64,000 bases of DNA from a bacterium (GCA_021795235.1 JAJYPP010000001.1:131384-195383), one strand, 5' to 3'; shown: positions 35,367 to 45,386, numbered from the stretch's first letter. The notes: generated from the sequence alone by a model not told the origin. A program made the numbers and translations.

Positions 35367-37217
35367 TCAGCTGGCGGCGGCCACTCGCTCACTCGCGAAC
35401 TGCTCAAGGTAGAGCTTGGCGTACGCCCCATTCTGGGCCAGCAGCTGGCTGTGGGTGCCGCGCTCGATGATCCGCCCGTGATCCAGCATCAGGATCTGGT
35501 CGGCCGCCAGGATGGTGGACAGGCGGTGCGCGATCGCGATGGTGGTGCGGCCGTACATCAGCTGCTCGAGCGCGCCCTGGATCTCCCTCTCGCTGTGGGT
35601 GTCCAGGGCGCTGGTCGCCTCATCGAGGATGAGGATCCGGGGATCCTTCAGAATGGCCCGGGCCAGCGCCACCCGCTGCTTCTCGCCTCCGCTGAGCCGG
35701 TATCCCCGCTCGCCGGACAGGGTGTCGTAGCCCTCGGGCAGCTCCATGATCCGCGCATGTATCGAAGCCGCCCGAGCCGCTGCCTGCAGCTCCGAGTCGG
35801 TGGCGTCGTGCTTGCCCACCAGCAGGTTCTCGCGGATGGTGCCGTGGAACAGGAATGTCTCCTGAGTCACCACCGCGATGGAATCCCGGATCGTCTCTTG
35901 GGTGAGGTTCCGGAGGTCGTGCCCGTCGAGCAGCACCCGGCCCTGGTCCACGTCGTACAGGCGGGCCGCCAGGTAGGTGAGGGTGCTCTTGCCCGCCCCG
36001 CTGTGGCCGACCAGGGCGACCAGCTGACCGGGATCGGCTCTGAAACTGACCCCATCCACCGCCGGGGCGGGGGTCCCGGGCTCGTAGCGGAAGCCGACGT
36101 CCTCGAACTCCATGGCGCCTCGGATCCGATCAGAGGGGATGCTGAGGGCGCCGGGGCGGTCCTCGATCTCCACCTTCTCGTCCAGGTACTGGAAGATGCG
36201 GTCGAAGAGCGCCAGGGCCCCCTGCAGCTCCACTTGGATGTTCAGCAGCTGACCGATGGGGAAGAAGAGTTGGGACTGGAAGGTGGTGAAGGCGACCAGG
36301 GTGCCGATCGAGACCCCGCCGCTGCGACCGGCGTGGAGGAAGAGGCCCGCCACCAGGTAGACCAAGGCCGGCAGGATGGAGAAGAAGGTGGAGATGAATC
36401 CGAAGAACCAGCGTCCCACCATCTGCTGGCGGATCATGAGGTCGGTGAGCCGGCCGGTCTCATCCACGTAGCGCTGGTGGGTGACCTTCTCTCGGCCGTA
36501 GACCTTGCTGAGCAGGATCCCGCTCACCGACAGCGTCTCCTCGGCGATGGCGGAGAGGTCGGCCAGGGTTGCCTGGGTATCCGAGCTGACCTTGCGCCGG
36601 ACCTGGCCGACCCTGGTGGTGACCAGCAGGAAGACCGGCATCATCACCACCGAGATCAGGGTCAGCTGCCAGCTGAGGACGGCCATACCGGTCAGGGTGG
36701 CTGCGGTTCTGGTGAGATTGGAGACGATGCTGGTGGCGGTGTTGGTGATCACCGAGTCCACCCCGCCCACATCGTTGGTGAGCCGGGACTGAATCTCCCC
36801 GGTCCTGGTCCCCGTGAAGAATCGCAGGGGCAGGCTCTGGAGGTGGGAGTAGAGGGCGACCCTGAGGTCCTGCATCATCCGCTGCCCGACCACCGCGTTC
36901 AGGTAGGTCTGCCAGACCCCCAGACCAGTGCTGATCATCGGGGTGATGACCATGATGCCCGCGAATATCAGCAGCATCTTGGTCTTGTGCTGCAGGATCC
37001 CCTGGTCGATGATCAGCTTCAACATCACCGGGTTGACGATCCCGAGACCGGCCACCACCACCAGGATGCAGAGCACTCCGAAGACCTTCCGGCGGTAGGG
37101 GCGGAAGAGCTTCAGCACTCGGAGCAGGGTGCTGCGGTTGATGGGGGGTGGTGGATCCTGGCCCTGGTAGGCGGGTGTCAGCCGGCCCGCTCCCCCGCCC
37201 CCCATGTGCATGCCCAT
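35367..37217 (-). CDS. ABC exporter, fused permease/ATPase (MsbA/MdlB type)
   Basis: Six-TM domain, Walker A GHSGAGKST, signature LSGGEKQR, Walker B ILILDEATS. The start is chosen at the MGMHM cluster and is uncertain. Confidence 0.85.
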   Translation of the reverse strand: MGMHMGGGGAGRLTPAYQGQDPPPPINRSTLLRVLKLFRPYRRKVFGVLCILVVVAGLGIVNPVMLKLIIDQGILQHKTKMLLIFAGIMVITPMISTGLGVWQTYLNAVVGQRMMQDLRVALYSHLQSLPLRFFTGTRTGEIQSRLTNDVGGVDSVITNTATSIVSNLTRTAATLTGMAVLSWQLTLISVVMMPVFLLVTTRVGQVRRKVSSDTQATLADLSAIAEETLSVSGILLSKVYGREKVTHQRYVDETGRLTDLMIRQQMVGRWFFGFISTFFSILPALVYLVAGLFLHAGRSGGVSIGTLVAFTTFQSQLFFPIGQLLNIQVELQGALALFDRIFQYLDEKVEIEDRPGALSIPSDRIRGAMEFEDVGFRYEPGTPAPAVDGVSFRADPGQLVALVGHSGAGKSTLTYLAARLYDVDQGRVLLDGHDLRNLTQETIRDSIAVVTQETFLFHGTIRENLLVGKHDATDSELQAAARAASIHARIMELPEGYDTLSGERGYRLSGGEKQRVALARAILKDPRILILDEATSALDTHSEREIQGALEQLMYGRTTIAIAHRLSTILAADQILMLDHGRIIERGTHSQLLAQNGAYAKLYLEQFASERVAAAS

Positions 37218-37380
37218 TGGGCAGATGGTTCCCTGGTTACTGGGTGGATGAATCCAGGCTCGGCAGGGCGCCGCCGCGCTCGGCCCTGGACATGGCTCCG
37301 ATCTTAATTCAAGCTGTCCCCCCAACCAATCGCGGACTCGTACACTCGGTTCAGCTATTCAGGGCAGGAGGAGTCAATTG

Positions 37381-40083
37381 ATGGCGAAGACCCCCGTGAG
37401 AACCCACCCCAGCTCCGAGCGCAAGCCGGCTCCCAAGCTCGTCTACGACTTCGAAGAGGGGAGTGCTTCGATGCGTGATCGCCTGGGTGGCAAGGGTGCC
37501 GGTGTGGCCGAGATGACCAGAGCCGGGCTGCCCGTTCCTCCGGGATTCACCATCACCACCGATGCCTGCCTCGCCTATCTGGGCGCCAAGGGCAGATTCC
37601 CGGATGGCCTGCTGGACGAGGTGCGCGAGCACCTGGCGGGCCTGGAGCGGCGCAGCGGCAAGCGGCTGGGAGACCAGGAGAACCCGCTGCTGGTCTCCGT
37701 CCGTTCCGGGGCCGCCTTCTCGATGCCCGGCATGATGGACACAGTGCTCAACCTGGGCCTGAACCAGCAGAGCCTGGAGGGCCTGGCCCGGCGCACTGGG
37801 GACCGGCGTTTCGCGCTGGACGCCTACCGTCGCTTCATCCAGATGTACGGGCGGATCGTGCTGGGGGTGGAGGCGGAGCTGTTCGACGTGGAGCTTGAGA
37901 GGGCCAAGAAGAGCGCGCACGCCGGTAGCGACGCCGAGCTCAAGCCGGCGGCCCTGGAGAAGCTGGCGGCCAAGTTCCGCCAGATCGTGGAGACGCATAC
38001 CCGCGAGGCTTTCCCGGAGGATCCATGGGACCAGCTGACCGGGGCGGTGGCCGCCGTCTTCGACTCCTGGAACGGCCGACGCGCGATCGCCTACCGCGAG
38101 TTCAACCACATCCCGCACACCCTGGGCACGGCGGTCAACGTCCAAGCCATGGTGTTCGGCAACATGGGTGAGGACTCCGGGACGGGGGTGGCGTTCACGC
38201 GGGACCCGGCGACGGGGGAGCGCCGGATCTTCGGCGAATACCTGCTCAACGCCCAGGGCGAGGACGTGGTGGCCGGGATCCGCACCCCCCAGCCGATCGA
38301 CACCTTGGAGAGGGCACTGCCGGCGGTCTACGCCGAGTTCGCCAAGATCGCGGAGCGGCTGGAGCATCACTACCGGGACGTGCAGGACATGGAGTTCACG
38401 ATCGAGAAGGGGCAGCTCTACATGCTCCAGACCAGGACCGCCAAGCGCACCGCCGCCGCCGCGGTGAAGATCGCAGTCGACATGGTTGCCGAGAAGCTCA
38501 TCACCAGGGACGAGGCGCTGCGCCGGGTGGACTCCGAGCAGGTGGACCACCTGCTCCACCGGGCGATCGACCCCAAGGCCAAGATCAAGGTGATCGCGAC
38601 CGGACTGGCCGCATCACCAGGTGCCGCCACCGGGGCCGCGGTCTTCGATGCCGACCGCGCCGAGCAGATTGCCAAGCAGGGCAGGCAGGTGATCCTGGTC
38701 CGGATTGAGACCAATCCCGATGACGTGCACGGCATGATCGCGGCGGAGGGGGTGCTCACCTCCCGAGGCGGACGCACCTCCCACGCCGCCGTGGTTGCCC
38801 GGGGAATGGGCAAGCCCTGCGTGGCTGGGACCGAGGACCTGAAGGTGGATCTGGTCAAGAGGAGGTTCGAGGCCGGCGGAGTGGTGGTGAGGGAGGGCGA
38901 CATCTTCACCATCGACGGCACCACCGGGCGGGTCATCGAGGGAGCCGTCCCCACGGTCGAGGCCGGGGTATCCGGCGACCTTGAGCAGCTGCTGCAGATG
39001 GCGGACAAGGTGCGTCGCTTGAAGATCTACGCCAACGCCGATACCCCAGAGGACGCCCGCCGGGCCCGCGAATTCGGCGCCCAGGGAATCGGCCTGTGTC
39101 GCACCGAGCACATGTTCATGCAGCAGGACCGCCTGCCCCATGTGCAGCGGATGATCCTGGCCCAGGAGACGAAGGATCGCGAGGCGGCTCTCGCCGAGCT
39201 CTTGCCCTTCCAGCGCGACGACTTCGTGGGCATCCTGGAGGCGATGCAGGGCCTGCCGGTGATCATCCGCCTGATCGATCCCCCGCTGCACGAATTCCTG
39301 CCCAGCCACGACGAGCTGCTGGTCGAGGTCACCCACCTGCGCGACGCCAAGAAGGCGGGCAGGAAGCTGGAACGGGCGGAGCACATGCTGCGGGCGGTGG
39401 AGGAGCTGCGGGAGCAGAACCCCATGCTCGGGTTGCGGGGTTGCCGCCTCGGCCTGCTCTTCCCGGAGATCATCGAAATGCAGGTGCGGGCGATTGCGGA
39501 GGCGGCCTCCGAGCTGCGCCGACGGCGGGTCAAGCCTGTCCCCGAGATCATGGTCCCGCTGGTCGGGCACGCGGAGGAGCTGCGTCGGTCCCGGCAGACC
39601 ATCGAGGCAACCCTCAAGCAGGTTGCCAAGGAGCAGGGGGTGCGGTTCGACATCAAGGTGGGTACCATGATCGAGGTGCCCCGGGCCGCGCTCACCGCCG
39701 GTCAGATCGCCGAGCATGCTCAGTTCTTCTCGTTTGGCACCAACGACATGACCCAGATGACCTACGGGGTCTCCCGCGACGACGCCGAGGGCAAGTTCCT
39801 TGGCCGCTACGTCACAGATGGGATCCTGCCTGCGAATCCGTTCGAGCACCTGGACCCAGACGGGGTCGGCCGGCTCATGGGTTACGCGGTCACCGAGGGA
39901 CGCGCAACGCGACCGGCCCTGGAGGTCGGGATCTGCGGGGAGCACGGTGGGGATGCCCAGTCGATCGCCATCTGCGAGAGGCTGGGATTGGACTACGTCT
40001 CCTGCTCACCGTTCCGGGTGCCCGGGGCCCGCCTGGCCGCCGCCCAGGCCCGCTTGGCGCAGACCCAGAACCAGGACGTCTGA
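37381..40083 (+). CDS. ppdK: Pyruvate, phosphate dikinase
   Basis: 900 aa. LGGKGAG, phosphohistidine motif GGRTSHAAVVARG, and a PEP-utilising C-terminal domain (GTNDMTQ). ATG follows AGGAGGAG. Confidence 0.95.
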   Translation: MAKTPVRTHPSSERKPAPKLVYDFEEGSASMRDRLGGKGAGVAEMTRAGLPVPPGFTITTDACLAYLGAKGRFPDGLLDEVREHLAGLERRSGKRLGDQENPLLVSVRSGAAFSMPGMMDTVLNLGLNQQSLEGLARRTGDRRFALDAYRRFIQMYGRIVLGVEAELFDVELERAKKSAHAGSDAELKPAALEKLAAKFRQIVETHTREAFPEDPWDQLTGAVAAVFDSWNGRRAIAYREFNHIPHTLGTAVNVQAMVFGNMGEDSGTGVAFTRDPATGERRIFGEYLLNAQGEDVVAGIRTPQPIDTLERALPAVYAEFAKIAERLEHHYRDVQDMEFTIEKGQLYMLQTRTAKRTAAAAVKIAVDMVAEKLITRDEALRRVDSEQVDHLLHRAIDPKAKIKVIATGLAASPGAATGAAVFDADRAEQIAKQGRQVILVRIETNPDDVHGMIAAEGVLTSRGGRTSHAAVVARGMGKPCVAGTEDLKVDLVKRRFEAGGVVVREGDIFTIDGTTGRVIEGAVPTVEAGVSGDLEQLLQMADKVRRLKIYANADTPEDARRAREFGAQGIGLCRTEHMFMQQDRLPHVQRMILAQETKDREAALAELLPFQRDDFVGILEAMQGLPVIIRLIDPPLHEFLPSHDELLVEVTHLRDAKKAGRKLERAEHMLRAVEELREQNPMLGLRGCRLGLLFPEIIEMQVRAIAEAASELRRRRVKPVPEIMVPLVGHAEELRRSRQTIEATLKQVAKEQGVRFDIKVGTMIEVPRAALTAGQIAEHAQFFSFGTNDMTQMTYGVSRDDAEGKFLGRYVTDGILPANPFEHLDPDGVGRLMGYAVTEGRATRPALEVGICGEHGGDAQSIAICERLGLDYVSCSPFRVPGARLAAAQARLAQTQNQDV

Positions 40084-40120
40084 CCGGAGTTGGGTTGATC
40101 CGGCGGGATCGCTCCGGCGC

Positions 40121-40609
40121 TCAGTCGGGATGGGTGGGAGCGGGCATCACCACGACGGGGCATGCGACCCTGGAGGTCAGGCGCAGGACTCTGCGCCCGC
40201 TGACCAGGCCTGATGAGCGGTTCGGATGCGGCGGCCCCAACACCAAGAGTTGGGCGCCGGCCGCGGCCTGGGTCAGGACGCTCGTGGTCCCGCCTCTTAT
40301 CGCCTGCGTGCTTACGCCGGGGACGGTGCCGATGGCGTCCTGAACCAGTCGCCGCAGCTGCTCGTCGGCCTGCTGATGCACCTCCTCGGCCGAGGACGGT
40401 GCGAAGGAGGGGCGAGGCGCGGGGCCGGGACTCGGCAGCGCCGGCTGCCAGGCGGTCACCGCCAGCAGCGGCACCTTGCGCAGTCGCGCCTCCTTCCAAG
40501 CCCAGATAAGGGCGCTGGTGGACCCGGTCTCGCGGCTGATGCCCACCACCACCGGGCGTCTGTCGCTGGCCCGAGTTCCGCTCGGGGTGCCGCTGCTGGT
40601 TGTTGTCAT
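40121..40609 (-). CDS. Universal stress protein family
   Basis: PVVVGI...S..AL.WA N-terminus and a C-terminal G-x2-G...(S/T) ATP-binding-like motif followed by CPVVVMP. Confidence 0.75.
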   Translation of the reverse strand: MTTTSSGTPSGTRASDRRPVVVGISRETGSTSALIWAWKEARLRKVPLLAVTAWQPALPSPGPAPRPSFAPSSAEEVHQQADEQLRRLVQDAIGTVPGVSTQAIRGGTTSVLTQAAAGAQLLVLGPPHPNRSSGLVSGRRVLRLTSRVACPVVVMPAPTHPD

Positions 40610-40661
40610 CGCCTCCAGCCTCCAATCCCGCGACCGCGATCACTGACGTGCGGTTGCCCAA

Positions 40662-42158
40662 TCATGCGCGCGCTCCCTGGTGCGCGGGATCGCCTGGCGG
40701 TCGGTCAACGACCGAAAGTGGCCGGGCCACGCTCTCCAGCGGCTGGCGCTCCGCGTTGACCCCTATGAACCAGGCGATGATCCCGCCCGCGAACATCACC
40801 GAAGCACCCACGTAGTAGCCGATCGTCAGCGGCCCGGGGTTGTGCCCGGTGCCGACCAGAGCGGCGAACAGGACGGGAGCGCCCACCCCCCCGACCAGCT
40901 GCGAGATTGCGAAGAAGAAGGAGATGGCCTGCGCACGGAGCTCCAGCGGGAATATCTCGCTCACGGTGAGATACGCGGACGACGCTCCCGCCGAGGCGAA
41001 GAAGAAGGTGACGCACCAGAAGATCGTCTGGGTGACGGCGTTGAGGACGCCGGCGTCGAAGAGGGCGCCAGAGATGGCCAGGATCACCCCCGAGATGCAG
41101 TAGGTGAACATGATCATGCGGCGCCTCCCGACGGTGTCGAAGAAGCGTCCCAGGAGCAGCGGGCCAGCCAGGTTGCCGAGCGCGAAGGGGATGAAGAAGT
41201 AGGCGGTATGGTCTGCGGTGATCTTGTAGAAGTGGGTGAGCACCAGCGCGTAGGAGAAGAAGATGGCGTTGTACAGGAAGGACTGGGTCACCATCATCGA
41301 GAATCCCAGCGCGGAGCGGCTTGGGTAATCCCTAAACATCGTCCTGGCGATCTGTAGGTAAGAGACCTGGCCGCGGTAGGCCACCTCGATCGCCTGGTCC
41401 TCAGAGACCGGCTCCAGCTTCACACCATGGCTCTTGAGGTCCGCCTCAATTTCATCCACCGTCCGTTCCGCCTCGGCCTGGCGTCCGTGGGTCATCAACC
41501 ACCTCGGGCTCTCGGGGATGTGGCGGCGGATGTAGATGATGATCAGGCCGAGCACAGGACCGATGAAGAACCCGATCCGCCAGCCCAGGTTGATGGGCAG
41601 GAGATGGGGGTTGAGCAGGAACAGAGTTCCCACCGACCCGATCAGAGCCCCCGCCCAGTAGGTGCCGTTGATGGCGATGTCGGCGCGGCCCCGGTAGCGC
41701 GACGGGATCAGCTCGTCGATGGCGGAGTTGATCGCCGTGTACTCACCGCCGATTCCGGTTCCGGCGATGAAGCGGAAGAGCAGGAGGAACCACAGGGTGG
41801 GAGACAGCCCGGAGATACCGCTGGCGATGAGGTAGATTCCCAAGGTCCAGATGAACAGCCGCTTCCGGCCCAGCCAGTCGGTGAGCCGCCCGAACACCAG
41901 CGCTCCGACCACCTCTCCGCCCAGGTAGACGCTCCCGATGAGCCCGGCTTCTGCGGTGCTCAGGCCGAGGGTCGAGTGGTGCTGGAGCACCGGGCTGACG
42001 CTGGATGCTATCTGGATCTCGAGGCCGTCGAGGATCCAGGAGACCCCGAGTCCGACCACGATCAGCCAGTGAAAGCGGGTCCAGGGCAATCGGTCCATCC
42101 GCGCCGGCACCAGGGTCCGTACAGCGTCGCGGCTGGTGCTGTCTTTCCGAGGGCTCAT
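40662..42158 (-). CDS. MFS transporter (sugar porter / metabolite:H+ symporter-like)
   Basis: 498 aa, 12 TM segments. MFS loop motifs GRLTDWLGRKR and PESPRWL. Confidence 0.85.
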   Translation of the reverse strand: MSPRKDSTSRDAVRTLVPARMDRLPWTRFHWLIVVGLGVSWILDGLEIQIASSVSPVLQHHSTLGLSTAEAGLIGSVYLGGEVVGALVFGRLTDWLGRKRLFIWTLGIYLIASGISGLSPTLWFLLLFRFIAGTGIGGEYTAINSAIDELIPSRYRGRADIAINGTYWAGALIGSVGTLFLLNPHLLPINLGWRIGFFIGPVLGLIIIYIRRHIPESPRWLMTHGRQAEAERTVDEIEADLKSHGVKLEPVSEDQAIEVAYRGQVSYLQIARTMFRDYPSRSALGFSMMVTQSFLYNAIFFSYALVLTHFYKITADHTAYFFIPFALGNLAGPLLLGRFFDTVGRRRMIMFTYCISGVILAISGALFDAGVLNAVTQTIFWCVTFFFASAGASSAYLTVSEIFPLELRAQAISFFFAISQLVGGVGAPVLFAALVGTGHNPGPLTIGYYVGASVMFAGGIIAWFIGVNAERQPLESVARPLSVVDRPPGDPAHQGARA

Positions 42159-42342
42159 CCGGTCGCATCTCCGGTTGTTTACGGGGCTCCGCTCGATGTT
42201 GCCACAGCTCTCCGCCAGAGGATGTCTCTCGCGCCGTGGAATTTGGTCTGTGGCCCTGTGCGGATGATACGCGTGGGCACGCTGGTTCTGCCGGAACCGG
42301 GACGTGGTGGGGAACGCCGTCGCGGAACCTGGTTGGGGTTGC

Positions 42343-42645
42343 GAACAGTTGCACGTACGATGCGCTATAACGAGAGGAGATGAACTTCAAGGAGTGGTAG
42401 CCACTGCCCAAGACCTCTGTCACTGGCCGGACATAGCCAGCCAAAGCGGTGTAGTTGACGCTGCGGCCCCGTTCGCCAGCGAGAGCAGCGACGGCCAGGA
42501 CGCTGGATCATCCGGCGCCGTGGGAGGGAGCGTAAGACCAGAGCCAACGGCTCGGGCGGCACCCGATGAGGCCAAGACCCGTAAGGGAACCCCGAGCAGG
42601 GGTGCCGCAGGAGTGCGCTTCCTATAGTTCACTCGTCGGCAACGG
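42343..42645 (+). ncRNA. Copy A (archetype) of a ~300-nt structured repeat; candidate novel ncRNA or RNA-bearing mobile element
   Basis: 303 nt, intergenic. Nearly collinear with copy C and alignable to B, D and E. Has nested helices, a CCC-GUAA-GGG hairpin and a 9-bp helix 42556-64/42600-08. Overlapping ORFs are not frame-conserved between copies. Confidence 0.65.
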
Positions 42646-42767
42646 GCCGGCAGTCAGCGGGCCAGTCCCCGCACCGGGAACGCCTCGAGCGCGCTCCGCT
42701 GGAATCTGGAAGCGTGGATCGACCGGCGGCAGCCGGTCTCCGCGGCCCACTGGGCCGGCGGAAGAAC

Positions 42768-43238
42768 TCAGTCGAGCGGAGGCGTGGTGGGCACCCGCCG
42801 GCCCCCCAGGACGGCATCCGCGCCAAGTACGTGCAGTCGCACCGTGGATCTGGCGATGGGCCGGCCCGCGGGTTGGTTGGCCTCGGTCGCCTCGTGGATC
42901 AGCACCTCCCAGACCTGGCTCGTCCTGCCAGGATGCACGGGAGTGGCGACGGCCACCACCTCGCCGTCGCGGACCGCGCGCAGGAAACTGGTGTGGTTCT
43001 CGAGCCCCACCACCGGGCGACCACTGTTCAGAGCTGCCCCGATCGAGGCGGCGGTCTCAGCCAGGGTGGCCCAGACTCCGCCGTGGATGACGCCGTAAGG
43101 TTGGCGGTGCTCGGGCCCAAGCCGCAAGCGCAGCCGCACCTCCTGCCCGGAAGCGTCCACGATCTCGGTACCGAGGCGGCCGTCGAAGCCGGTCTCGAGC
43201 GCGCCCGAGTGCTCCGACATCATGCTGGGTGCGCTCAC
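42768..43238 (-). CDS. PaaI/hotdog-fold acyl-CoA thioesterase
   Basis: 156 aa. HGGVWATLAETA motif of the PaaI/DUF4442-type thioesterases. The start overlaps the upstream stop (GTGA). Confidence 0.75.
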   Translation of the reverse strand: MSAPSMMSEHSGALETGFDGRLGTEIVDASGQEVRLRLRLGPEHRQPYGVIHGGVWATLAETAASIGAALNSGRPVVGLENHTSFLRAVRDGEVVAVATPVHPGRTSQVWEVLIHEATEANQPAGRPIARSTVRLHVLGADAVLGGRRVPTTPPLD

Positions 43239-44683
43239 AGTTGCAGGGACTTCGGCATCAGGAATTCCTCCATCCCGAAGCGACCAAACTCCCGCCCATG
43301 GCCGGATTGCTTGAGCCCACCAAAGGGTGCGGAGGTGCTGAACGCGCCCCCGTTGACCTCGACGGTGCCGGCGCGCAACCTGCGTGCGAAGTTGATGGCG
43401 CGGGCGCGGTCCGCAGACCAGACCGCCGCCGCCAGACCATAGGGGGTTCCGTTGGCTATCTCCACCGCCTGGTCCTCGTCGGAGTAGGTGATGATCGAGA
43501 GCACCGGCCCGAAGATCTCTTCCTGGGCGATCACCATCTCCGGCAGCACCTGGTCGAAGATGGTGGGCTGCACGAAGTAGCCTTGCTCCAGGCCATCCGG
43601 AGGCTCCGCTCCTCCCAGCACCAAGCGTGCCCCCTCGGCGACGCCTCGGGCGATGTAACTCCGCACCCGGTCCAGTTGGGCCTGGGAGGCCAGCGGGCCC
43701 AGCCTGGTGGATTCGTCCAGGGGGTCGCCCAGGACCAGCTTACGAGCGGTCGCCACCGCCACCTCGACCGCCGCCGCCGCCATCCGCTCCGGCACCAGCA
43801 GGCGGGTGAGCGCGGTGCAGGTCTGGCCCGAATTGAGAAATGCGTTGTAGACCGCGAACTTGGCGGCGGTGGCGATGTCGGCATCCTCCAGCACCAGGCT
43901 GGCTGACTTTCCGCCCAGCTCCAGGGTCACCGGCTTCACGGTTGCCGCCGCCAGCTCTGAGATGCGCCGACCGGCCTTGGTGGAGCCGGTGAAGGAGACC
44001 TGGTCGACCCCGTGGTGGGTGACCAGCGCCTCACCGGCCACGGCTCCGCGCCCCACCAGGACGTTCATCACTCCCGGTGGCAGCCCCTGAGCCTGGGCGA
44101 TCTCACCGAGCATGAGCGCGGTCAGAGGCGCCACCTCGCTAGCCTTGAGGACCACGGTGGCACCCGCCGCCAGCGCGGCCGCTACCTTGGCCATCACCTG
44201 TTGCAGGGGATAGTTCCAGGGCGTGATCGCTGCCACCACCCCCACTGGCTCTCTGACCACCAGGCAGTTGCCGATCTCCTCCTCGAAGGGGTAGTCGCGC
44301 AGGATCTCCGCGATGTGGGCGGTGATGGCGATGGGGTTGCCCAGCTGAACCGCCCGTGACTGACGGATCGGAGTCCCCACCTCCTGCGAGATGGTCCGAG
44401 CCAATTCTTCGGTTCTGCCCTTGATGCCCTCGGCCAGCATGGCCAGGTGGTCGGCTCTCTGCACGGGTGGGGTCGCAGCCCATCCGGGGAGGGCTCGCCG
44501 GGCGGCCGAGACGGCTTGGTCCACATCCTCGCCTTCGGCGTCGGCCACCTCCGCCAGGGTTGCTCCGCTGGCGGCTTCGGTGACCGTCAGCCGCCCTGGC
44601 GATCGCGGGTCTGTGAATTCTCCGCCTATGAAGAACTGGCCCTGATGCTTCGGGTCAGTGCCGCCGTCTGCGCCCGCGGTCAA
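43235..44683 (-). CDS. NAD(P)-dependent aldehyde dehydrogenase
   Basis: ALDH motifs FTGST, ELGGKS, and the catalytic Cys region GQTCTA. 482 aa. Confidence 0.9.
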   Translation of the reverse strand: MTAGADGGTDPKHQGQFFIGGEFTDPRSPGRLTVTEAASGATLAEVADAEGEDVDQAVSAARRALPGWAATPPVQRADHLAMLAEGIKGRTEELARTISQEVGTPIRQSRAVQLGNPIAITAHIAEILRDYPFEEEIGNCLVVREPVGVVAAITPWNYPLQQVMAKVAAALAAGATVVLKASEVAPLTALMLGEIAQAQGLPPGVMNVLVGRGAVAGEALVTHHGVDQVSFTGSTKAGRRISELAAATVKPVTLELGGKSASLVLEDADIATAAKFAVYNAFLNSGQTCTALTRLLVPERMAAAAVEVAVATARKLVLGDPLDESTRLGPLASQAQLDRVRSYIARGVAEGARLVLGGAEPPDGLEQGYFVQPTIFDQVLPEMVIAQEEIFGPVLSIITYSDEDQAVEIANGTPYGLAAAVWSADRARAINFARRLRAGTVEVNGGAFSTSAPFGGLKQSGHGREFGRFGMEEFLMPKSLQL

Positions 44684-45243
44684 GTCGGCACCGTCTGCGG
44701 CAGAGGGTGGCGTGACCTGCGCAAGGCTGCCAGTAGCGACTCCACGGTGGGATGGTCTCCGAGGCTGGTGCCGATGTGTGACAGGAGCACAGTGGCGGGA
44801 GGATCGACGACCAGCGTCGCGCCCAGCTGGAGCACGTCACCCTGAAGCCCCTCGGGTCGGATGCCCATCCGTAGGGCCGCCAGCCAGCCCCTGAGCGTTC
44901 CCCGCCCGAGCAGGCTAAAGGGGGATCGGCGGGCGCCCATCGCCCTGTAGCTGCCCCGGTCAGGGTCGGTCACCACGGTGGCGCCACGGGCCTTCATCTG
45001 CCGGAACCTGAGCGCCTGCTCCGGGCTGCCGTTGCCGATTAGCAGGAGCTGGCCTCCGCACTCCTCGATGGAAGGCAGCGCCGCGGTCAGGGTCGCCACC
45101 TGCTGCAGGCAGTACTGGCATCCAAAATGGCGCAGCCAGACCGCGATGGTGGGGCCCGCCGCCCACAGTTGTTTCAGGGCGAGGCGATCCCCTTCGGGAC
45201 TGAGGACTTGGATTTCGCCCAGTTCTGTGATCGTGCTTCTCAT
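44680..45243 (-). CDS. AhpC/TSA-like thioredoxin-fold protein (peroxiredoxin-like family)
   Basis: 187 aa. The FGCQYC motif resembles the peroxiredoxin-like redox-active site. It is first in a three-gene operon with overlapping stops and starts. Confidence 0.65.
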   Translation of the reverse strand: MRSTITELGEIQVLSPEGDRLALKQLWAAGPTIAVWLRHFGCQYCLQQVATLTAALPSIEECGGQLLLIGNGSPEQALRFRQMKARGATVVTDPDRGSYRAMGARRSPFSLLGRGTLRGWLAALRMGIRPEGLQGDVLQLGATLVVDPPATVLLSHIGTSLGDHPTVESLLAALRRSRHPLPQTVPT

Positions 45244-45386
45244 GCCGGCATCCTACCAAGCAGGTCTCGACGGGAAGGGTCCGGCGCGACATAATGGCCC
45301 CACCACAGGGGAGGTGAGGTGACAGCAGCCCTGGAAACACCGGCGACCGCGCGCATCGCATCGCCCGGCGGGAGGGTCCGCTCGCA

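Noticed and set aside
40084-40120. CCGGAG...CUCCGG hairpin between the convergent ppdK and usp genes, considered as a bidirectional terminator.
   Set aside because: The stem is only 6 bp with a long loop and there is no U-tract on either strand. That is too weak to report as a feature.
42304-42627. ORFs lying over the repeat copies (42304-42627, 46106-46357/46367-46567, the tail of 55207-56160, 59913-60179, 7830-8486), which could suggest a small repeated protein gene.
   Set aside because: Relative to the nucleotide alignment, the open frame differs between copies: D is shifted versus A and C, and B is split by a frameshift. The translated sequences are Ala/Gly/Arg/Pro-rich and not protein-like. 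The substitutions preserve base pairing rather than codons.
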